Shown here piece by piece: positions 57,568 through 64,000 of a stretch of DNA of 64,000 bases. Source of the DNA: Candidatus Nanohaloarchaea archaeon (GTDB lineage Archaea; Nanohalarchaeota; Nanosalinia; Nanosalinales; Nanosalinaceae); assembly GCA_041640035.1 (NCBI GenBank), contig JBEQBC010000002.1:32001-96000 (forward strand). Reading direction: 5' to 3'. The translations under genes and the position numbers were made by a program. The notes beneath the pieces were generated by a model. That model was not told where the DNA came from and ran no database searches. It worked only from the letters and a program-made list of their open reading frames with translations. Each line of letters starts with the position of its first letter. Position 1 is the first letter of the stretch.

Positions 57568-57998
57568 CTGTAGTTCCGGTAAATATAGACAGCGCCCGCT
57601 GAGATCGCTAGGGTCGGTATCCAGAAGCTTGCTGCCGCTACAGGGTTATATGTGATGTTATTCAAGAAAATTTCAGGTATCGTGAGACATGCGTCAGTTG
57701 AGGACGGAAGAGCATTCATTCCACCAGTCTCACCCATCGAGCCTGATAGGTCACAGAGTTTGCTGTATACGAATACCTTAGATATACCTGATATACCTAG
57801 ACCGGATAAAAGGAATGCTGTAAATGCTACTGCGGTTTCTTTCAATGTGAGGATGTTTCTGTAGATGTCGTATCCTAGTATGAATATGAGTGATAGCAGG
57901 AATGCCGTTCCTGAGGATCTTGATATCAGGCTTGATACTACCTGGAATAGAACTATGATCGCTACATGTACTGCGAGGTCTTTTTGTTTGGTTTCCAT
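57564..57998 (-). CDS. Integral membrane protein, hypothetical
   Basis: Four hydrophobic segments; GTGA overlap with rio1. Confidence 0.6.
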   Translation of the reverse strand: METKQKDLAVHVAIIVLFQVVSSLISRSSGTAFLLSLIFILGYDIYRNILTLKETAVAFTAFLLSGLGISGISKVFVYSKLCDLSGSMGETGGMNALPSSTDACLTIPEIFLNNITYNPVAAASFWIPTLAISAGAVYIYRNYR

Positions 57999-58031
57999 GC
58001 GTTAAACCAGTGAAAAGATATTCTCTGTTTT

Positions 58032-58343
58032 TTACAGGAATTCTTTGATTTCGTCTAGGTAGTCTTTGTCTTCGAGCAGTTCTGTTTCTGCGTTACTGTA
58101 GCTCTCTACGATGTCTCCTTTTTCGTCTCCCTGGATGTCCCATGGTTCTACGAGTACTACGCTGTCTCTTTTGACCCATAGACCTCTTTTCTTGCTTCCA
58201 GGTATTCTGCAGATTCTTTCTTCGCCGTCTGTGCAGTAGACACGGTATTTTCCTCCTCCTTCTTTTCTGAGGACAATTCCTAGTACTTCTCCGTCGCCCG
58301 GTCTGCGTACTCGGCGTGCTTCTTGTTCTTCGTCTTCTGCCAT
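58032..58343 (-). CDS. eif1a: Translation initiation factor aIF-1A
   Basis: V.C.DG.ERICRIPG, VLVEPW, KGDI OB-fold signature. Confidence 0.95.
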   Translation of the reverse strand: MAEDEEQEARRVRRPGDGEVLGIVLRKEGGGKYRVYCTDGEERICRIPGSKKRGLWVKRDSVVLVEPWDIQGDEKGDIVESYSNAETELLEDKDYLDEIKEFL

Positions 58344-58400
58344 TATATAAAGTATTTATATAGAGAACTCTTTTAAAAACCAGAGCATTTTTTCCGGATT

Positions 58401-59081
58401 TTATTCCATTCTTACTGATACGACATTCCTGTAGACTTCTTCCCCGTTTTCCTCTCCTATCAGTTCGTAGCTACGCTTGATATCCGGGTCGTAGCGGTCT
58501 CTCAGCATGGTCAGTATCTGCTTGTTCATGTCCTCTGTTGATAGGAAGAAGTTGTATCCGTGGTCTGTTTCCTCGATGTTCGATAGAAAGTTCTTCCTGT
58601 TCCGGTTTGTTAGTTCAGCTGCTTTGTCCGCGATAGTATCGGCTACCGAGTCGAGATCTTCATCTCCTCTAAGCTGGATTTTAACCTTGTAGAATCCGCC
58701 CTGGAAACGGGAGCAGTCGCTGCACTGGTCTTTGGTGAAGTTGACGCGTGTATCGTATTCATCAGTTATCTCTCCTTTCCGTGCGTGGACTTTGACATAC
58801 ATCTGGCTTTCTTCTTCCCAGTACTGAAGTTCGAAATGTACCTCTTCCTCTCCGAACTGCTGGAACTTCTCAAGAAGCTGCTCTTCTACAGAGTATGCTT
58901 CTATCCACTGGCCTTCGAATTTCATCCTGCCACAGACTGAGCAGATTTCGATCTCTATTTCATCTGGGATATCCAGTAAATCGTTTTTGTCCGGGAAGCA
59001 GTCGGCGCACAGCTTTTTCTCTTCGCCGTACAGCTGGTCTGTTTCCTTCCCGCATCTTGGACAGAATTTTGAAAGCTCCAT
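58401..59081 (-). CDS. NMD3 family protein
   Basis: FCPRCG, LCADC, CSVCG, CSDCSR..GG.Y...IQLR. Confidence 0.9.
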   Translation of the reverse strand: MELSKFCPRCGKETDQLYGEEKKLCADCFPDKNDLLDIPDEIEIEICSVCGRMKFEGQWIEAYSVEEQLLEKFQQFGEEEVHFELQYWEEESQMYVKVHARKGEITDEYDTRVNFTKDQCSDCSRFQGGFYKVKIQLRGDEDLDSVADTIADKAAELTNRNRKNFLSNIEETDHGYNFFLSTEDMNKQILTMLRDRYDPDIKRSYELIGEENGEEVYRNVVSVRME

Positions 59082-59124
59082 AGTTACAATTTGTGGCTGT
59101 GAATCTTATATTCCTCAAAGAATT

Positions 59125-59478
59125 TTAGGCGTCTTCTATCTCGATACTATCACCCTCTTTGAGGTTCAGTTCCTCGAAGGATTCCAGCAGGTAACTGTAA
59201 CTTTGTTCAGGTCTGTAGAGCTTCCAGGTCTTTGGGTTCCAGCCCCAAGGTTCAGCTTTCTGTACCTCTATCACTTCTTTCTCCTGATTCAGGAAGTACA
59301 GGTAGAGCGGCCTGGATAGAAGCATCATATCGACCTTGGTTCTTGTAGGATTGGAGAACTTGAACAGCATCTTACCCTCTTTTCGAAGGCTGAGACCCCA
59401 GGCTCTCTGTAGAAGGTTTTCCGCTACTTCTACAGCGTGATGTTTGTTTTTAAAACCTATTTTTATCTCTTTGTTCAT
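59125..59478 (-). CDS. DUF192 family protein
   Basis: VEVA.....RA.GL, MLF.F, PL..YFL, P.....YLLE. Confidence 0.8.
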   Translation of the reverse strand: MNKEIKIGFKNKHHAVEVAENLLQRAWGLSLRKEGKMLFKFSNPTRTKVDMMLLSRPLYLYFLNQEKEVIEVQKAEPWGWNPKTWKLYRPEQSYSYLLESFEELNLKEGDSIEIEDA

Positions 59479-59538
59479 TATTTCGATGAGAGATATCTCA
59501 ATTTTGATAATACAAATTTTTGTTGAAACATTGCTTCT

Positions 59539-60420
59539 TTAGAGTTTCGGTCCGAGCCAGCCCTCCTCTCTAAGACAGTCTTTAATCTTGAGCTCTTCGT
59601 AAACCCCTCTGAGATCTTCTTCGAGGTCATCCTCGGTACGGTATATTTCAGGTTCTTCAACCCAGCCCTTCTCTATGAATCTTTTCTCGTAGAACCGTTC
59701 CTTGTTCAGGGCTTCCAGTCCTTGCTGAGCCGGTTCAAATGAAACAACTTCTTTACCCCAGCGAAGGTTGTCCAGATCGTCGAGCATCATCATAGTCAGA
59801 ATCACCAACGGAGGCATCACGGACGCTAGTGCGTTGAAGAACAGAGAGCCGTCTCTAAGAAGAATTACACTGGAAGTTATTATGGTAGACAGAGAGGTGA
59901 GTACAATCCATTCTAGCCGCATCAAGCTTGATTTTCCCAGAGAAGCCAGTTTTCCTCTCGCATCTCCAGCCTGGCTTTCCGCATCCAGTATCTGTACATA
60001 TGTACTGCTATTCTTGTCGTTAACAGGATGGATCTTGTCCAGAGTGCTGCTGACGGCGTTAAAGTACTTGTCTTCTTCCTCCACACTGTCCCATGAGATC
60101 ATGGTGAACGCGATTAGGAAACGCTCCATACGGTCCTCAAATTCTTTCTTTACCCCTTCATTACCTTCAAGCCTATTCACATTGGTAATAAGTCCCTTTA
60201 TCGCCGAGTGAAGAACAGCACTCTCACTTCTAATTGACGAGAACTTGTTCCACATCTGAGTGATGAAAAAACCGATTAGAAGTCCGAACAGGATGCTAGT
60301 AACGCTTAAAGCCAAGCTCAACAGCTGCGTTGCTCCTTCATAAATAGGCAAGAAATATGCAAGGCCTGTAAATACAAGCACGCTTAAGATAAAGATTTCC
60401 CATGTTCTCTCGTTCTTCAC
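59539..60420 (-). CDS. Four-TM membrane protein (DUF4239/bestrophin-like)
   Basis: LFGLLIGFFI...W..F...R..E pattern and DLDN after the last TM; GTG start at 60420 lies outside the tRNA and has a TATA-like element about 25 nt upstream. Confidence 0.6.
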   Translation of the reverse strand: MKNERTWEIFILSVLVFTGLAYFLPIYEGATQLLSLALSVTSILFGLLIGFFITQMWNKFSSIRSESAVLHSAIKGLITNVNRLEGNEGVKKEFEDRMERFLIAFTMISWDSVEEEDKYFNAVSSTLDKIHPVNDKNSSTYVQILDAESQAGDARGKLASLGKSSLMRLEWIVLTSLSTIITSSVILLRDGSLFFNALASVMPPLVILTMMMLDDLDNLRWGKEVVSFEPAQQGLEALNKERFYEKRFIEKGWVEEPEIYRTEDDLEEDLRGVYEELKIKDCLREEGWLGPKL

Positions 60421-60476
60421 AAACAATTTTTGAGAAAACCGCGTTAAATAAGTTCCAGCCGAGAAATCTGTGTAAG

Positions 60477-60548
60477 CGCCCGCACAGGGATTTGAACCCT
60501 GGATCTGCACCTCCGCAAGGTGCCGTCTTTCCACTAGACCATGCGGGC
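60477..60548 (-). tRNA. tRNA-Arg(GCG)
   Basis: GCCCGCA/TGCGGGC acceptor, GCACC-TTGCGGA-GGTGC anticodon arm. Confidence 0.96.
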
Positions 60549-60905
60549 AGTATTCCTTATGTAGGAGTGACCCGTCTGATTCTTAAATAATGATTCAGAG
60601 AATAAAGTGATTTTGCAGCTTTTTTGTTCCAAACCAGATAGTATTCTCTAATGCCGAGTTTCAGAAAACGATTGACATAGCACAGTTGTATTGATGGCTA
60701 GTTAGATTACCTTGTTATCTCCATCTGGGAAGAGTTTTTAAGATAAAAACCGGTTTATGTTGTGATAGAGGTGTAGTGCTGTATGGAGCTGATTGAAAAA
60801 CTCAAAAACAAGTTGGATAGCCTGTTTTGAGAACCAGAAAGTACTTTCGCCCCCAATTTCTCTACTACTTATTTTTAAATCTTCATTTCCAGTTTACAGA
60901 TTATT

Positions 60906-61160
60906 ATGGGAAAGATTTCTTGTGTATACAAAGTTATGCCAGAAGATGCTGAAACCGATTTAGAAGAGATAAAGGACCAGATCAGAGACTTGATCGATGT
61001 CCAGGACATGGGCGAGGAAGAAGTCGCTTTCGGACTGAAAGCAGTCAAGGTTTCATGCATCACAACCGATGAAGAAGGCGGAACAGACGCAGTAGAAGAA
61101 GAACTCGGGAAGCTGGATAACATTCAGAGCATCGAGCTAGAGCACTTTGACAAGATGTAG
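60906..61160 (+). CDS. ef1b: Elongation factor aEF-1beta
   Basis: KVMPE....DL, EEVAFGLKA, DEEGGTD. Confidence 0.94.
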   Translation: MGKISCVYKVMPEDAETDLEEIKDQIRDLIDVQDMGEEEVAFGLKAVKVSCITTDEEGGTDAVEEELGKLDNIQSIELEHFDKM

Positions 61161-61206
61161 AAAACACCTTCTTTTTCCCTTCTACTTTCTAACTTTAGTT
61201 TTTTCC

Positions 61207-61338
61207 TTAGAATTTCCGCTCACCACCTTCACATACATCACAGCCATAATCTCTGTGGTGTTCCTGACAGATCATCGAACCGCACACCCCGCACTTGGTG
61301 ACAGCTTCCTGTTCCTGACAGTAGTCGCATAGAGCCAT
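61207..61338 (-). CDS. 43-aa zinc-finger microprotein (not in ORF track)
   Basis: MALCDYCQEQEAVTKCGVCGSMICQEHHRDYGCDVCEGGERKF*: CxxC, CxxC, CxxH, CxxC. Confidence 0.8.
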   Translation of the reverse strand: MALCDYCQEQEAVTKCGVCGSMICQEHHRDYGCDVCEGGERKF

Positions 61339-61377
61339 GGGTACTGTTTAAATCTTGAGACAGTTATTTCTTATTAC

Positions 61378-62400
61378 ATGGGCGTAGACCTGGGCGATCT
61401 AGTTGAAAGAGAAGAGATCGATTTTGCAGATCTCAACGATAAAGAGATCGCTGTAGACGCCATGAACACGCTCTACCAGTTTCTGTCGATTATCCGGCAG
61501 AGAGACGGAACACCTTTGAAGGACTCCTCAGGAAATGTTACTTCACACCTTTCAGGGTTGTTCTACCGGAACATCAACCTTTTGGAGAACAATATCAGAC
61601 CTGTGTATGTTTTTGACGGCAAAGCTCCCGAACTGAAGGAGAAAGAAACTACAAAGAGAAGAAAGAAACGAGAAGAAGCCAAGAAAGAGTGGAAAAAACT
61701 GAAAGAGGAAGGTAAGATATCTGAAGCATACTCAAAAGCCACTCAATCATCAAAAGTCACCGGAGACATGATCGAGGAATCAAAGGAACTTCTTGAAGCT
61801 ATGGGCCTCGCCTATGTACAGGCCCCGAGCGAAGGAGAAGCTCAGGCAGCTCAAATGGTTAAAAACGGAGAGGTTTATGCTGTTGGAAGCCAGGACTGGG
61901 ACTGCCTGCTCTTCGGAGCCGATAGAATGGTTAAAAACCTGACAACCCGTAAAAAGAGGAAGACCTCTTCCGGCGGCCAGAAAGAGATATCAACCGAGTT
62001 AATCACACTTGAAGATGTACTAGAGCAACTGGAGATCACACATGAAGAACTCATATGGATGGGCGTCCTGATGGGAACCGACTTCAACCCCGACGGAATT
62101 CACGGAATCGGCCCAAAAACAGCTTTGAAAATTGTAAAGCGGAATGATAGCTGGGAAGAGATTACTGAAGAGGATAAGTTTGAATGGGAGTCTGATAACA
62201 GTCCTGAAGCTATCATCGAGTTCCTGAAGAATCCACCTGTAGTCGATACAGAGTATAGTTTCAAAGATCCAGATACTGAAAAGATAAGAGAGATACTAGT
62301 CGATAAACACGAGTTCTCCGAGGACCGTGTAAACTCAGGTATAGAAAAACTTGAGAAAAGTTTGCAGAGCCGGCAATCCGGTTTAGACAGTTTCGTCTAG
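61378..62400 (+). CDS. fen: Flap endonuclease 1
   Basis: MGV, DAMN.LYQFL, VFDG, APSEGEAQAA, SQD.D, GTDFN, GIGPK, C-terminal PIP box QSGLDSF. Confidence 0.97.
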   Translation: MGVDLGDLVEREEIDFADLNDKEIAVDAMNTLYQFLSIIRQRDGTPLKDSSGNVTSHLSGLFYRNINLLENNIRPVYVFDGKAPELKEKETTKRRKKREEAKKEWKKLKEEGKISEAYSKATQSSKVTGDMIEESKELLEAMGLAYVQAPSEGEAQAAQMVKNGEVYAVGSQDWDCLLFGADRMVKNLTTRKKRKTSSGGQKEISTELITLEDVLEQLEITHEELIWMGVLMGTDFNPDGIHGIGPKTALKIVKRNDSWEEITEEDKFEWESDNSPEAIIEFLKNPPVVDTEYSFKDPDTEKIREILVDKHEFSEDRVNSGIEKLEKSLQSRQSGLDSFV

Positions 62401-63894
62401 CTGGCTTCCACGGGTCTCACGAAGCTCTTTCAGGATAAGCTGCATCATCTCGCTGTGCTCCTGGTATCCTTCACGCAGTTCATCAATCTGATCCTGCTGA
62501 TCCTCTAACTCATCAAGAAGAGCCTTTACATCGTTTTCATCTACTCCAGAGCTTTCTTCTTCATTATCTATCGCGTCAGCCAGGTTCTCATTCAGTACTT
62601 CAAGTTCCTGAGACATCTTGTTGACGAACTCTGCTACTTCTTCCTGCTCTCTTTCTACTTCATCGTCTTCTTTCTTTAGTTCTTTGTATTCTTCCTGTGT
62701 CAGCAGTTTGAGCTGCGCCAGGTCATCGAAGTCGTTGAACAGCCATTTGAAGTCAGATACCATGTCTTTCAAGGCCTGTACCTCTTTCTCCAGTTTGGAG
62801 ACATCCCGCTCTTCATCCTGTTCCTGCAGTTTCTCTACATTGTTCTGCAGGTTCTCGACATCGATAAGTAGATCATCGAATTTCCGTTTTTCAACTTCTT
62901 CTAAGCGTTCCTCAAGTTCTTCCTGCTGGTCTTCAAGAGATTGAACTTCCTCGCTGAGACTTTCTATACTATCAATTTTGTCTTCAAGCTGGTCAAGTCT
63001 TTCAGAATCTACATCAGACTCGATACTGTCAAGATCCTGATCGATATCCTCCCTGAGGTTTTCGATATCAGAGTTGAACTCTTCTTTCAGTTCCTCGATC
63101 TGTTCCTGAAGATCCTCAACATGATCATTAAGCTCCTGCTGATCAACTGTTTCTTGCTGTTCGACATCTTCTATTTTCTCTTCCAGCTCGTCTCTCTGCT
63201 CATCAGTTTTTTCTTTGAGGTCCTTCAGAAGGCTTGTTTTCTCGGCTAGTGTATCTTTGACTTTTTCAAGTTCGTTCTCCAGGTTCTTGAGCTTTTCCTG
63301 CTCCTCTACATCGTTTAGACGGCTTCTGATATCTTCGAACCGGTCCGTGAAGTCTTCCTCGATTCTGTCCAATTCCTGTTCAAGACCTTGATCCTCGGCA
63401 TCCATATTTTCGATCTCTTCTTCAAGCTCTTCGATTCTGTTGAGATCTTCTTTCAGAGTCTCTACTTCGTCTTCAAGTTCGTCTACGGATTCAGGTTCTT
63501 GATCAATCTCTTCCTTGATATCATCTATATCGTAGGATACCTCCTGTTCCGAGAATTTCTGTATCTCGTTTTCCAGGCTTTCGATCTTGGATTCAAGTTC
63601 TTCTATACGCTGATCTTTTTCTTCAGTCATTTCTTTGTCTTCTGTCTCTGTTTCTGGTTCTTCTGAACTGTCTTCAGATTCTTCTACTTCTTCTGTTTCT
63701 TCAGTATCGTTTTGCTGTGTTTCCTCCTTGGCTGCCGTTTCTTCGTCTTCTTGTTCGTCGTCTCCGGAGAAAAGTGTCTGGTTTTCGGGTTCATTACTTT
63801 GTTCTTCCTGTTCCTGTTCTTCTTGCTGTTGTCCAGTGTTTTGTTCTTCGTCTTCTTCGTCCTCGTCGCTTCCGAATATTACATTTTCAGCCAT
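62383..63894 (-). CDS. Extremely acidic long coiled-coil protein
   Basis: 503 aa; disordered D/E/Q N-terminus followed by a continuous heptad pattern; no TM or catalytic motif. Confidence 0.72.
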   Translation of the reverse strand: MAENVIFGSDEDEEDEEQNTGQQQEEQEQEEQSNEPENQTLFSGDDEQEDEETAAKEETQQNDTEETEEVEESEDSSEEPETETEDKEMTEEKDQRIEELESKIESLENEIQKFSEQEVSYDIDDIKEEIDQEPESVDELEDEVETLKEDLNRIEELEEEIENMDAEDQGLEQELDRIEEDFTDRFEDIRSRLNDVEEQEKLKNLENELEKVKDTLAEKTSLLKDLKEKTDEQRDELEEKIEDVEQQETVDQQELNDHVEDLQEQIEELKEEFNSDIENLREDIDQDLDSIESDVDSERLDQLEDKIDSIESLSEEVQSLEDQQEELEERLEEVEKRKFDDLLIDVENLQNNVEKLQEQDEERDVSKLEKEVQALKDMVSDFKWLFNDFDDLAQLKLLTQEEYKELKKEDDEVEREQEEVAEFVNKMSQELEVLNENLADAIDNEEESSGVDENDVKALLDELEDQQDQIDELREGYQEHSEMMQLILKELRETRGSQLDETV

Positions 63895-64000
63895 TTTTGG
63901 AGGTTCTCCTCGTGTTAAAGAATTACCGGTTAAGAGTTAAAAGTGTTTATTTACTTGACCGCAACAACACGCTTAGCGTTGACTTAACTGTGTTTTCAAG

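Noticed and set aside
61147-61332. 61-aa plus-strand ORF
   Set aside because: Antisense to a far more convincing zinc-finger ORF

Overview
Gene-dense archaeal chromosome segment. The strongly acidic (D/E-rich) proteome, very short or overlapping intergenic spaces, mostly leaderless TATA-driven starts, moderate GC and minimal metabolism point to a halophilic DPANN symbiont, most likely Nanohaloarchaeota (inference). The core is information processing: pheS/pheT, trpS, glyS, argS, truD, pth2, endA, rnhB, dys, top6A/top6B, a KH protein, RIO1, aIF-1A, NMD3, aEF-1beta, fen and six intronless tRNAs (Val-TAC, iMet-CAT, Leu-CAA, Phe-GAA, Asn-GTT, Arg-GCG). No integrase, transposase, CRISPR array or rRNA was seen. 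Four modules stand out. (1) A GriC/GriD (EhpF/EhpG)-like two-component aryl-carboxylate reductase pair sits divergent from a standalone FIST sensor. (2) An unannotated, atypical box C/D RNA after pheT carries a 13-nt guide exactly antisense to the variable arm of the tRNA-Leu in this window. (3) A roadblock + inactive-RecA::small-GTPase fusion + two KaiC-like ATPases form a signalling cluster. (4) A GNAT-M20-NSAR/OSBS operon resembling the D-to-L amino acid conversion pathway is coupled to trpS. Also present are surface-protein and glycosyltransferase clusters, a soluble AglB-like WWDYG lipoprotein, two paralogous pairs of uncharacterised proteins and a 43-aa zinc finger missing from the ORF track. 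All family calls come from motif recognition by eye, not database searches.
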